DNA of 64,000 nucleotides from NCBI GenBank assembly GCA_964057225.1, contig OZ059898.1:2852001-2916000 (forward strand), given 5' to 3'. Of the stretch, positions 13,690-27,900 are shown piece by piece. This stretch comes from Auanema rhodensis (taxonomy: Eukaryota > Animalia > Nematoda). Both the position numbers and the translations under genes were made by a program. Numbering within the stretch: position 1 is the first letter of the stretch; every line of letters begins with the position of its first letter. The notes beneath the pieces are model-generated. The model was not told where the DNA came from. It saw only the letters and a list, made by a program, of their open reading frames with translations, and made no database searches.

Positions 13690-16600
13690 TTAACTTTTTC
13701 GTTGAATAACATTGTCCATCGTCTTTGCCTTAAAAAATGGAATCTAAAAACATCTACTTTTTGCTAAATTATTTCGAAATTTTTCGAAAAAATTTTTGTC
13801 AAAATGTTTTTGGAAGCAATGTTGAGTGTACATGGAAACTCAACATACACTAATGCATCATTTTTCAAACGATCATAACTAATTTTTGTATTAAGCGTTT
13901 TTCAATGTAGTATAGTGCATTCGATGCGGATTTCTAAGCTGCGTCGATCTGTGTTATCAGATTTGCGCTAGCTTAAAAATGCACCGAGATATCAACTGAT
14001 ATAAGTTCACACTTATATCCTCGATTTTCACCCTGAAGAATTAACTTTTTCGTTGAATAACATTGTCCATCGTCTTTGCCTTGAAAAATGGAATCTAAAA
14101 ACATCTACTTTTTGCTAAATTATTTCGAAATTTTTCGAAAAAATTTTTGTCAAAATGTTTTTGGAAGCAATGTTGAGTGTACATGGAAACTCAACATACA
14201 CGAATGCATCATTTTTCAAACGATCATAACTAATTTTTGTATTAAGCGTTTTTCAATGTAGTATAGTGCATTCGATGCGGATTTTTAAGCTGCGTCGATC
14301 TGTGTTATCAGATTTGCGCTAGCTTAAAAATGCACCGAGATATCAACTGATATAAGTTCACACTTATATCCTCGATTTTCATCCTGAAGAATTAATTTTT
14401 TCGTTGAATAACATTGTCCATAGTCTTTGCCTTGAAAAATGGAATCTAAAAACATCTACTTTTTGCTAAATTATTTTGAAATTTTTCGAAAAAATTTTTG
14501 TCAAAATGTTTTTGGAAGCAATGTTGAGTGTACATGGAAACTCAACATACACGAATGCATCATTTTTCAAACGATCATAACTAATTTTTGTATTAAGCGT
14601 TTTTCAATGTAGTATAGTGCATTCGATGCGGATTTTTAAGCTGCGTCGATCTGTGTTATCAGATTTGCGCTAGCTTAAAAATGCACCGAGATATCAACTG
14701 ATATAAGTTCACACTTATATCCTCGATTTTCATCCTGAAGAATTAATTTTTTCGTTGAATAACATTGTCCATAGTCTTTGCCTTGAAAAATGGAATCTAA
14801 AAACATCTACTTTTTGCTAAATTATTTTGAAATTTTTCGAAAAAATTTTTGTCAAAATGTTTTTGGAAGCAATGTTGAGTGTACATGGAAACTCAACATA
14901 CACTAATGCATCATTTTTCAAACTATCATAACTAATTTTTGTATAAAGCGTTTTTCAATGTAGTATAGTGCATTCGATGCGGATTTTTAAGCTGCGTCGA
15001 TCTGTGTTATCAGATTTGCGCTAGCTTAAAAATGCACCGAGATATCAACTGATACAAGTTCACACTTATATCCTCGATTTTCACCCTGAAGAAATAATTT
15101 TTTCGTTGAATAACATTGTCCATCGTCTTTGCCTTGAAAAAAGGATTCTAAAAACATCTACTTTTTGCTAAATTATTTTGAAATTTTTCGAAAAAATTTT
15201 TGTCAAAATGTTTTTGGAAGCAATGTTGAGTGTACATGGAAACTCAACATACACTAATGCATCATTTTTCAAACGATCTTAACTAATTTTTGTATCAAGC
15301 GTTTCTTAATGTAGTATAGTGCATTCGATCCGGATTTTTAAGCTGCGTCGATCTGTGTTATCAGATTTGCGCTAGCTTAAAAATGCACCGAGATATCAAC
15401 TGATATAAGTTCACACTTATATCCTCGATTTTCACCCTGAAGAAATAATTTTTTCGTTGAATAACATTGTCCATCGTCTTTGCCTTGAAAAAAGGAATCT
15501 AAAAACATCTACTTTTTGCTAAATTATTTTGAAATTTTTCGAAAAAATTTTTGTCAAAATGTTTTTGGAAGCAATGTTGAGTGTACATGGAAACTCAACA
15601 TACACTAATGCATCATTTTTCAAACGATCATAACTAATTTTTGTATTAAGCGTTTTTCAATGTAGTATAGTGCATTCGATGCGGATTTTTAAGCTGCGTC
15701 GATCTGTGTTATCAGATTTGCGCTAGCTTAAAAATGCACCGAGATATCAACTGATATAAGTTCACACTTATATCCTCGATTTTCACCCTGAAGAATTAAC
15801 TTTTTCGTTGAATAACATTGTCCATCGTCTTTGCCTTAAAAAATGGAATCTAAAAACATCTACTTTTTGCTAAATTATTTCGAAATTTTTCGAAAAAATT
15901 TTTGTCAAAATGTTTTTGGAAGCAATGTTGAGTGTACATGGAAACTCAACATACACTAATGCATCATTTTTCAAACGATCATAACTAATTTTTGTATTAA
16001 GCGTTTTTCAATGTAGTATAGTGCATTCGATGCGGATTTCTAAGCTGCGTCGATCTGTGTTATCAGATTTGCGCTAGCTTAAAAATGCACCGAGATATCA
16101 ACTGATATAAGTTCACACTTATATCCTCGATTTTCACCCTGAAGAATTAACTTTTTCGTTGAATAACATTGTCCATCGTCTTTGCCTTAAAAAATGGAAT
16201 CTAAAAACATCTACTTTTTGCTAAATTATTTCGAAATTTTTCGAAAAAATTTTTGTCAAAATGTTTTTGGAAGCAATGTTGAGTGTACATGGAAACTCAA
16301 CATACACGAATGCATCATTTTTCAAACGATCATAACTAATTTTTGTATTAAGCGTTTTTCAATGTAGTATAGTGCATTCGATGCGGATTTTTAAGCTGCG
16401 TCGATCTGTGTTATCAGATTTGCGCTAGCTTAAAAATGCACCGAGATATCAACTGATATAAGTTCACACTTATATCCTCGATTTTCATCCTGAAGAATTA
16501 ATTTTTTCGTTGAATAACATTGTCCATAGTCTTTGCCTTGAAAAATGGAATCTAAAAACATCTACTTTTTGCTAAATTATTTTGAAATTTTTCGAAAAAA

Positions 16601-18800
16601 TTTTTGTCAAAATGTTTTTGGAAGCAATGTTGAGTGTACATGGAAACTCAACATACACGAATGCATCATTTTTCAAACGATCATAACTAATTTTTGTATT
16701 AAGCGTTTTTCAATGTAGTATAGTGCATTCGATGCGGATTTTTAAGCTGCGTCGATCTGTGTTATCAGATTTGCGCTAGCTTAAAAATGCACCGAGATAT
16801 CAACTGATATAAGTTCACACTTATATCCTCGATTTTCACCCTGAAGAATTAACTTTTTCGTTGAATAACATTGTCCATCGTCTTTGCCTTAAAAAATGGA
16901 ATCTAAAAACATCTACTTTTTGCTAAATTATTTCGAAATTTTTCGAAAAAATTTTTGTCAAAATGTTTTTGGAAGCAATGTTGAGTGTACATGGAAACTC
17001 AACATACACTAATGCATCATTTTTCAAACGATCATAACTAATTTTTGTATTAAGCGTTTTTCAATGTAGTATAGTGCATTCGATGCGGATTTCTAAGCTG
17101 CGTCGATCTGTGTTATCAGATTTGCGCTAGCTTAAAAATGCACCGAGATATCAACTGATATAAGTTCACACTTATATCCTCGATTTTCACCCTGAAGAAT
17201 TAACTTTTTCGTTGAATAACATTGTCCATCGTCTTTGCCTTAAAAAATGGAATCTAAAAACATCTACTTTTTGCTAAATTATTTCGAAATTTTTCGAAAA
17301 AATTTTTGTCAAAATGTTTTTGGAAGCAATGTTGAGTGTACATGGAAACTCAACATACACGAATGCATCATTTTTCAAACGATCATAACTAATTTTTGTA
17401 TTAAGCGTTTTTCAATGTAGTATAGTGCATTCGATGCGGATTTTTAAGCTGCGTCGATCTGTGTTATCAGATTTGCGCTAGCTTAAAAATGCACCGAGAT
17501 ATCAACTGATATAAGTTCACACTTATATCCTCGATTTTCATCCTGAAGAATTAATTTTTTCGTTGAATAACATTGTCCATAGTCTTTGCCTTGAAAAATG
17601 GAATCTAAAAACATCTACTTTTTGCTAAATTATTTTGAAATTTTTCGAAAAAATTTTTGTCAAAATGTTTTTGGAAGCAATGTTGAGTGTACATGGAAAC
17701 TCAACATACACGAATGCATCATTTTTCAAACGATCATAACTAATTTTTGTATTAAGCGTTTTTCAATGTAGTATAGTGCATTCGATGCGGATTTTTAAGC
17801 TGCGTCGATCTGTGTTATCAGATTTGCGCTAGCTTAAAAATGCACCGAGATATCAACTGATATAAGTTCACACTTATATCCTCGATTTTCATCCTGAAGA
17901 ATTAATTTTTTCGTTGAATAACATTGTCCATAGTCTTTGCCTTGAAAAATGGAATCTAAAAACATCTACTTTTTGCTAAATTATTTTGAAATTTTTCGAA
18001 AAAATTTTTGTCAAAATGTTTTTGGAAGCAATGTTGAGTGTACATGGAAACTCAACATACACTAATGCATCATTTTTCAAACTATCATAACTAATTTTTG
18101 TATTAAGCGTTTTTCAATGTAGTATAGTGCATTCGATGCGGATTTTTAAGCTGCGTCGATCTGTGTTATCAGATTTGCGCTAGCTTAAAAATGCACCGAG
18201 ATATCAACTGATACAAGTTCACACTTATATCCTCGATTTTCACCCTGAAGAAATAATTTTTTCGTTGAATAACATTGTCCATCGTCTTTGCCTTGAAAAA
18301 AGGATTCTAAAAACATCTACTTTTTGCTAAATTATTTTGAAATTTTTCGAAAAAATTTTTGTCAAAATGTTTTTGGAAGCAATGTTGAGTGTACATGGAA
18401 ACTCAACATACACTAATGCATCATTTTTCAAACGATCTTAACTAATTTTTGTATCAAGCGTTTCTTAATGTAGTATAGTGCATTCGATCCGGATTTTTAA
18501 GCTGCGTCGATCTGTGTTATCAGATTTGCGCTAGCTTAAAAATGCACCGAGATATCAACTGATATAAGTTCACACTTATATCCTCGATTTTCACCCTGAA
18601 GAAATAATTTTTTCGTTGAATAACATTGTCCATCGTCTTTGCCTTGAAAAAAGGAATCTAAAAACATCTACTTTTTGCTAAATTATTTTGAAATTTTTCG
18701 AAAAAATTTTTGTCAAAATGTTTTTGGAAGCAATGTTGAGTGTACATGGAAACTCAACATACACTAATGCATCATTTTTCAAACGATCATAACTAATTTT
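13690..18800. repeat. 6-monomer block repeated at 9-monomer (3159-bp) offset, with a 3-monomer partial copy between
   Basis: GATCCGG at 15330/18489. AACTAT, GATACAAG and GGATTCT/ATCTTA monomers occur in the same order in monomers 40-45 and 49-54. Monomers 46-48 resemble 40-42. Confidence 0.8.
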
Positions 18801-18954
18801 TGTATTAAGCGTTTCTCAATGTAGTATAGTGCATTCGATGTGGATTTTTAAGCTGCGTCGATCTGTGTTATCAGATTTGCGCTAGCTTAAAAATGCACCG
18901 AGATATCAACTGATATAAGTTCACACTTATATCCTCGATTTTCACCCTGAAGAA

Positions 18955-21900
18955 TTAATTTTTTCGTTGAATAACGTTGTCTATCGTCTTTGCCTTGAGA
19001 AATGGAATCTAAAAACATCTACTTTTTGCTAAATTATTTTGAAATTTTTCGAAAAAATTTTTGTCAAAATGTTTTTGGAAGCAATGTTGAGTGTACATGG
19101 AAACTCAACATACACTAATGCATCATTTTTCAAACGATCATAACTAATTTTTCTATAAAGCGTTTCTCAATGTAGTATAGTGCATTCGATGCGGATTTTT
19201 AAGCTGCGTCGATCTGTGTTATCAGATTTGCGCTAGCTTAAAAATGCACCGAGATATCAACTGATATAAGTTCACACTAAAATCCTCGATTTTCACCCTG
19301 AAGAATTAATTTTTTCGTTGATTAACAATGTCCATCGTCTTTGCCTTAAAAAAAGAAATCTAAAAACATCTACTTTTTGCTAGATTATTTTGAAATTTCT
19401 CGAAAACATTTTTGTCAAAATGTTTTTGGAAGCAATGTTGAGTGTACATAGAAACTCAACATACACTAATGCATAATTTTTCAAACGATCATAACTAATT
19501 TTTGTATTAAGCGTTTCTCAATGTAGTATAGTGCATTCGATGCGGATTTTTAAGCTGCGTCGATCTGTGTTATCAGATTTGCGCTAGCTTAAAAATGCAC
19601 CGAGATATCAACTGATATAAGTTCACACTTATATCCTCGATTTTCACCCTGAAGAATTAATTTTTTCGTTGAATAACGTTGTCTATCGTCTTTGCCTTGA
19701 GAAATGGAATCTAAAAACATCTACTTTTTGCTAAATTATTTTGAAATTTTTCGAAAAAATTTTTGTCAAAATGTTTTTGGAAGCAATGTTGAGTGTACAT
19801 GGAAACTCAACATACACTAATGCATCATTTTTCAAACGATCATAACTAATTTTTGTATTAAGCGTTTTTCAATGTAGTATAGTGCATTCGATGCGGATTT
19901 TTAAGCTGCGTCGATCTGTTTTATCAGATTTGCGCTAGCTTAAAAATGCACCGAGATATCAACTGATATAAGTTCACACTAAAATCCTCGATTTTCACCC
20001 TGAAGAATTAATTTTTTCGTTGATTAACAATGTCCATCGTCTTTGCCTTAAAAAAAGGAATCTAAAAACATCTACTTTTGCTAGATTATTTTGAAATTTC
20101 TCGAAAAAATTTTTGTCAAAATGTTTTTGGAAGCAATGTTGAGTGTACATAGAAACTCAACATACACTAATGCATAATTTTTCAAACGATCATAACTAAT
20201 TTTTGTATTAAGCGTTTTTCAATGTAGTATAGTGCATTCGATGCGGATTTTTAAGCTGCGTCGATCTGTGTTATCAGATTTGCGCTAGCTTAAAAATGCA
20301 CCGAGATATAAACTGATATAAGTTCACACTTATATCCTCGATTTTCACCCTGAAGAATTAATTTTTTCGTTGAATAACGTTGTCTATCGTCTTTGCCTTG
20401 AGAAATGGAATCTAAAAACATCTACTTTTTGCTAAATTATTTTGAAATTTTTCGAAAAAATTTTTGTCAAAATGTTTTTGGAAGCAATGTTGAGTGTACA
20501 TGGAAACTCAACATACACTAATGCATCATTTTTCAAACGATCATAACTAATTTTTCTATAAAGCGTTTCTCAATGTAGTATAGTGCATTCGATGCGGATT
20601 TTTAAGCTGCGTCGATCTGTGTTATCAGATTTGCGCTAGCTTAAAAATGCACCGAGATATCAACTGATATAAGTTCACACTAAAATCCTCGATTTTCACC
20701 CTGAAGAATTAATTTTTTCGTTGATTAACAATGTCCATCGTCTTTGCCTTAAAAAAAGGAATCTAAAAACATCTACTTTTTGCTAGATTATTTTGAAATT
20801 TCTCGAAAAAATTTTTGTCAAAATGTTTTTGGAAGCAATGTTGAGTGTACATAGAAACTCAACATACACTAATGCATAATTTTTCAAACGATCATAACTA
20901 ATTTTTGTATTAAGCGTTTCTCAATGTAGTATAGTGCATTCGATGCGGATTTTTACGCTGCGTCGATCTGTGTTATCAGATTTGCGCTAGCTTAAAAATG
21001 CACCGAGATATCAACTGATATAAGTTCACACTTATATCCTCGATTTTCACCCTGAAGAATTAATTTTTTCGTTGAATAACGTTGTCTATCGTCTTTGCCT
21101 TGAGAAATGGAATCTAAAAACATCTACTTTTTGCTAAATTATTTTGAAATTTTTCGAAAAAATTTTTGTCAAAATGTTTTTGGAAGCAATGTTGAGTGTA
21201 CATGGAAACTCAACATACACTAATGCATCATTTTTCAAACGATCATAACTAATTTTTCTATAAAGCGTTTCTCAATGTAGTATAGTGCATTCGATGCGGA
21301 TTTTTAAGCTGCGTCGATCTGTGTTATCAGATTTGCGCTAGCTTAAAAATGCACCGAGATATCAACTGATATAAGTTCACACTAAAATCCTCGATTTTCA
21401 CCCTGAAGAATTAATTTTTTCGTTGATTAACAATGTCCATCGTCTTTGCCTTAAAAAAAGGAATCTAAAAACATCTACTTTTGCTAGATTATTTTGAAAT
21501 TTCTCGAAAAAATTTTTGTCAAAATGTTTTTGGAAGCAATGTTGAGTGTACATGGAAACTCAACATACACTAATGCATAATTTTTCAAACGATCATAACT
21601 AATTTTTGTATTAAGCGTTTCTCAATGTAGTATAGTGCATTCTATGCGGATTTTTAAGCTGCGTCGATCTGTGTTATCAGATTTGCGCTAGCTTAAAAAT
21701 GCACCGAGATATCAACTGATATAAGTTCACACTTATATCCTCGATTTTCACCCTGAAGAATTAATTTTTTCGTTGAATAACAATGTCCATCGTCTTTGCC
21801 TTGAAAAAAGAAATCTAAAAACATCTACTTTTTGCTAAATTATATTGAAATTTTTCGAAAAAATTTTTGTCAAAATGTTTTTGGAAGCAATGTTGAGTGT

Positions 21901-24900
21901 ACATGGAAACTCAACATACACTAATGCATCATTTTTTAAACGATCATAACTAATTTTTTATTAAGCGTTTTTCAATGTAGTATAGTGCATTCGATGCGGA
22001 TTTTTAAGCTGCGTCGATCTGTGTTATCAGATTTGCGCTAGCTTAAAAATGCACCGAGATATCAACTGATATAAGTTCACACTTATATCCTCGATTTTCA
22101 CCCTGAAGAATTAATTTTTTCGTTGAATAACATTGTCCATCGTCTTTGCCTTGAAAAAAGGAATCTAAAAACATCTACTTTTGCTAGATTATTTTGAAAT
22201 TTTTCGAAAAAATTTTTGTCAAAATGTTTTTGGAAGCAATGTTGAGTGTACATAGAAACTCAACATACACTAATGCATAATTTTTTAAACGATCATAACT
22301 AATTTTTTTATTAAGCGTTTTTCAATGTAGTATAGTGCATTCGATGCGGATTTTTAAGCTGCGTCGATCTGTGTTATCAGATTTGCGCTAGCTTAAAAAT
22401 GCACCGAGATATCAACTGATATAAGTTCACACTTATATCCTCGATTTTCACCCTGAAGAATTAATTTTTTCGTTGAATAACATTGTCCATCGTCTTTGCC
22501 TTGAAAAAAGGAATCTAAAAACATCTACTTTTTGCTAAATTATATTGAAATTTTTCGAAAAAATTTTTGTCAAAATGTTTTTGGAAGCAATGTTGAGTGT
22601 ACATGGAAACTCAACATACACTAATGCATCATTTTTCAAACGATCATAACTAATTTTTGTATTAAGCGTTTCTCAATGTAGTATAGTGCATTCGATGCGG
22701 ATTTTTAAGCTGCGTCGATCTGTGTTATCAGATTTGCGCTAGCTTAAAAATGCACCGAGATATCAACTGATATAAGTTCACACTTATATCCTCGATTTTC
22801 ACCCTAAAGAATTAATTTTTTCGTTGAATAACATTGTCCATCGTCTTTGCCTTGAAAAAAGAAATCTAAAAACAGCTATTTTTTGCTAAATTATATTGAA
22901 ATTTTTCGAAAAAATTTTTGTCAAAATGTTTTTGGAAGCAATGTTGAGTGTACATGGAAACTCAACATACACTAATGCATCATTTTTCAAACGATCATAA
23001 CTAATTTTTGTATTAAGCGTTTTTCAATGTAGTATAGTGCATTCGATGCGGATTTTTAAGCTGCGTCGATCTGTTTTATCAGATTTGCGCTAGCTTAAAA
23101 ATGCACCGAGATATCAACTGATATAAGTTCACACTTATATCCTCGATTTTCACCCTGAAGAATTAATTTTTTCGTTGAATAACAATGTCCATCGTCTTTG
23201 CCTTGAAAAAAGGAATCTAAAAACATCTACTTTTTGCTAAATTATTTTGAAATTTTTCGAAAAAATTTTTGTCAAAATGTTTTTGGAAGCAATGTTGAGT
23301 GTACATGGAAACTCAACATACACTAATGCATCATTTTTCAAACGATCATAACTAATTTTTGTATTAAGCGTTTTTCAATGTAGTATAGTGCATTCGATGC
23401 GGATTTTTAAGCTGCGTCGATCTGTGTTATCAGATTTGCGCTAGCTTAAAAATGCACCGAGATATAAACTGATATAAGTTCACACTTATATCCTCGATTT
23501 TCACCCTGAAGAATTAATTTTTTCGTTGAATAACGTTGTCTATCGTCTTTGCCTTGAGAAATGGAATCTAAAAACATCTACTTTTTGCTAAATTATTTTG
23601 AAATTTTTCGAAAAAATTTTTGTCAAAATGTTTTTGGAAGCAATGTTGAGTGTACATGGAAACTCAACATACACTAATGCATCATTTTTCAAACGATCAT
23701 AACTAATTTTTCTATAAAGCGTTTCTCAATGTAGTATAGTGCATTCGATGCGGATTTTTAAGCTGCGTCGATCTGTGTTATCAGATTTGCGCTAGCTTAA
23801 AAATGCACCGAGATATCAACTGATATAAGTTCACACTAAAATCCTCGATTTTCACCCTGAAGAATTAATTTTTTCGTTGATTAACAATGTCCATCGTCTT
23901 TGCCTTAAAAAAAGGAATCTAAAAACATCTACTTTTTGCTAGATTATTTTGAAATTTCTCGAAAAAATTTTTGTCAAAATGTTTTTGGAAGCAATGTTGA
24001 GTGTACATAGAAACTCAACATACACTAATGCATAATTTTTCAAACGATCATAACTAATTTTTGTATTAAGCGTTTCTCAATGTAGTATAGTGCATTCGAT
24101 GCGGATTTTTAAGCTGCGTCGATCTGTGTTATCAGATTTGCGCTAGCTTAAAAATGCACCGAGATATCAACTGATATAAGTTCACACTTATATCCTCGAT
24201 TTTCACCCTGAAGAATTAATTTTTTCGTTGAATAACAATGTCCATCGTCTTTGCCTTGAAAAAAGAAATCTAAAAACATCTACTTTTTGCTAAATTATAT
24301 TGAAATTTTTCGAAAAAATTTTTGTCAAAATGTTTTTGGAAGCAATGTTGAGTGTACATGGAAACTCAACATACACTAATGCATCATTTTTTAAACGATC
24401 ATAACTAATTTTTTATTAAGCGTTTTTCAATGTAGTATAGTGCATTCGATGCGGATTTTTAAGCTGCGTCGATCTGTGTTATCAGATTTGCGCTAGCTTA
24501 AAAATGCACCGAGATATCAACTGATATAAGTTCACACTTATATCCTCGATTTTCACCCTGAAGAATTAATTTTTTCGTTGAATAACATTGTCCATCGTCT
24601 TTGCCTTGAAAAAAGGAATCTAAAAACATCTACTTTTGCTAGATTATTTTGAAATTTTTCGAAAAAATTTTTGTCAAAATGTTTTTGGAAGCAATGTTGA
24701 GTGTACATAGAAACTCAACATACACTAATGCATAATTTTTTAAACGATCATAACTAATTTTTTTATTAAGCGTTTTTCAATGTAGTATAGTGCATTCGAT
24801 GCGGATTTTTAAGCTGCGTCGATCTGTGTTATCAGATTTGCGCTAGCTTAAAAATGCACCGAGATATCAACTGATATAAGTTCACACTTATATCCTCGAT

Positions 24901-27900
24901 TTTCACCCTGAAGAATTAATTTTTTCGTTGAATAACATTGTCCATCGTCTTTGCCTTGAAAAAAGGAATCTAAAAACATCTACTTTTTGCTAAATTATAT
25001 TGAAATTTTTCGAAAAAATTTTTGTCAAAATGTTTTTGGAAGCAATGTTGAGTGTACATGGAAACTCAACATACACTAATGCATCATTTTTCAAACGATC
25101 ATAACTAATTTTTGTATTAAGCGTTTCTCAATGTAGTATAGTGCATTCGATGCGGATTTTTAAGCTGCGTCGATCTGTGTTATCAGATTTGCGCTAGCTT
25201 AAAAATGCACCGAGATATCAACTGATATAAGTTCACACTTATATCCTCGATTTTCACCCTAAAGAATTAATTTTTTCGTTGAATAACATTGTCCATCGTC
25301 TTTGCCTTGAAAAAAGAAATCTAAAAACAGCTATTTTTTGCTAAATTATATTGAAATTTTTCGAAAAAATTTTTGTCAAAATGTTTTTGGAAGCAATGTT
25401 GAGTGTACATGGAAACTCAACATACACTAATGCATCATTTTTCAAACGATCATAACTAATTTTTGTATTAAGCGTTTTTCAATGTAGTATAGTGCATTCG
25501 ATGCGGATTTTTAAGCTGCGTCGATCTGTTTTATCAGATTTGCGCTAGCTTAAAAATGCACCGAGATATCAACTGATATAAGTTCACACTTATATCCTCG
25601 ATTTTCACCCTGAAGAATTAATTTTTTCGTTGAATAACAATGTCCATCGTCTTTGCCTTGAAAAAAGGAATCTAAAAACATCTACTTTTTGCTAAATTAT
25701 TTTGAAATTTTTCGAAAAAATTTTTGTCAAAATGTTTTTGGAAGCAATGTTGAGTGTACATGGAAACTCAACATACACTAATGCATCATTTTTCAAACGA
25801 TCATAACTAATTTTTGTATTAAGCGTTTTTCAATGTAGTATAGTGCATTCGATGCGGATTTTTAAGCTGCGTCGATCTGTGTTATCAGATTTGCGCTAGC
25901 TTAAAAATGCACCGAGATATAAACTGATATAAGTTCACACTTATATCCTCGATTTTCACCCTGAAGAATTAATTTTTTCGTTGAATAACGTTGTCTATCG
26001 TCTTTGCCTTGAGAAATGGAATCTAAAAACATCTACTTTTTGCTAAATTATTTTGAAATTTTTCGAAAAAATTTTTGTCAAAATGTTTTTGGAAGCAATG
26101 TTGAGTGTACATGGAAACTCAACATACACTAATGCATCATTTTTCAAACGATCATAACTAATTTTTCTATAAAGCGTTTCTCAATGTAGTATAGTGCATT
26201 CGATGCGGATTTTTAAGCTGCGTCGATCTGTGTTATCAGATTTGCGCTAGCTTAAAAATGCACCGAGATATCAACTGATATAAGTTCACACTAAAATCCT
26301 CGATTTTCACCCTGAAGAATTAATTTTTTCGTTGATTAACAATGTCCATCGTCTTTGCCTTAAAAAAAGGAATCTAAAAACATCTACTTTTTGCTAGATT
26401 ATTTTGAAATTTCTCGAAAAAATTTTTGTCAAAATGTTTTTGGAAGCAATGTTGAGTGTACATAGAAACTCAACATACACTAATGCATAATTTTTCAAAC
26501 GATCATAACTAATTTTTGTATTAAGCGTTTCTCAATGTAGTATAGTGCATTCGATGCGGATTTTTAAGCTGCGTCGATCTGTGTTATCAGATTTGCGCTA
26601 GCTTAAAAATGCACCGAGATATCAACTGATATAAGTTCACACTTATATCCTCGATTTTCACCCTGAAGAATTAATTTTTTCGTTGAATAACGTTGTCTAT
26701 CGTCTTTGCCTTGAGAAATGGAATCTAAAAACATCTACTTTTTGCTAAATTATTTTGAAATTTTTCGAAAAAATTTTTGTCAAAATGTTTTTGGAAGCAA
26801 TGTTGAGTGTACATGGAAACTCAACATACACTAATGCATCATTTTTCAAACGATCATAACTAATTTTTCTATAAAGCGTTTCTCAATGTAGTATAGTGCA
26901 TTCGATGCGGATTTTTAAGCTGCGTCGATCTGTGTTATCAGATTTGCGCTAGCTTAAAAATGCACCGAGATATCAACTGATATAAGTTCACACTAAAATC
27001 CTCGATTTTCACCCTGAAGAATTAATTTTTTCGTTGATTAACAATGTCCATCGTCTTTGCCTTAAAAAAAGGAATCTAAAAACATCTACTTTTGCTAGAT
27101 TATTTTGAAATTTCTCGAAAAAATTTTTGTCAAAATGTTTTTGGAAGCAATGTTGAGTGTACATGGAAACTCAACATACACTAATGCATAATTTTTCAAA
27201 CGATCATAACTAATTTTTGTATTAAGCGTTTCTCAATGTAGTATAGTGCATTCTATGCGGATTTTTAAGCTGCGTCGATCTGTGTTATCAGATTTGCGCT
27301 AGCTTAAAAATGCACCGAGATATCAACTGATATAAGTTCACACTTATATCCTCGATTTTCACCCTGAAGAATTAATTTTTTCGTTGAATAACAATGTCCA
27401 TCGTCTTTGCCTTGAAAAAAGAAATCTAAAAACATCTACTTTTTGCTAAATTATATTGAAATTTTTCGAAAAAATTTTTGTCAAAATGTTTTTGGAAGCA
27501 ATGTTGAGTGTACATGGAAACTCAACATACACTAATGCATCATTTTTTAAACGATCATAACTAATTTTTTATTAAGCGTTTTTCAATGTAGTATAGTGCA
27601 TTCGATGCGGATTTTTAAGCTGCGTCGATCTGTGTTATCAGATTTGCGCTAGCTTAAAAATGCACCGAGATATCAACTGATATAAGTTCACACTTATATC
27701 CTCGATTTTCACCCTGAAGAATCAATTTTTTCGTTGAATAACATTGTCCATCGTCTTTGCCTTGAAAAAAGGAATCTAAAAACATCTACTTTTGCTAGAT
27801 TATTTTGAAATTTTTCGAAAAAATTTTTGTCAAAATGTTTTTGGAAGCAATGTTGAGTGTACATAGAAACTCAACATACACTAATGCATAATTTTTTAAA

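Larger units (their letters stand above)
1..18954. repeat. Satellite subdomain A (monomers 1-54)
   Basis: Characteristic variants: CATCCT (vs CACCCT, last at 17892), TTAACT, AAAAATGG, ATTTCGAAA, GGTAAA, TTCTAAG, CATAGT, CACGAAT. No indels. Confidence 0.9.
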
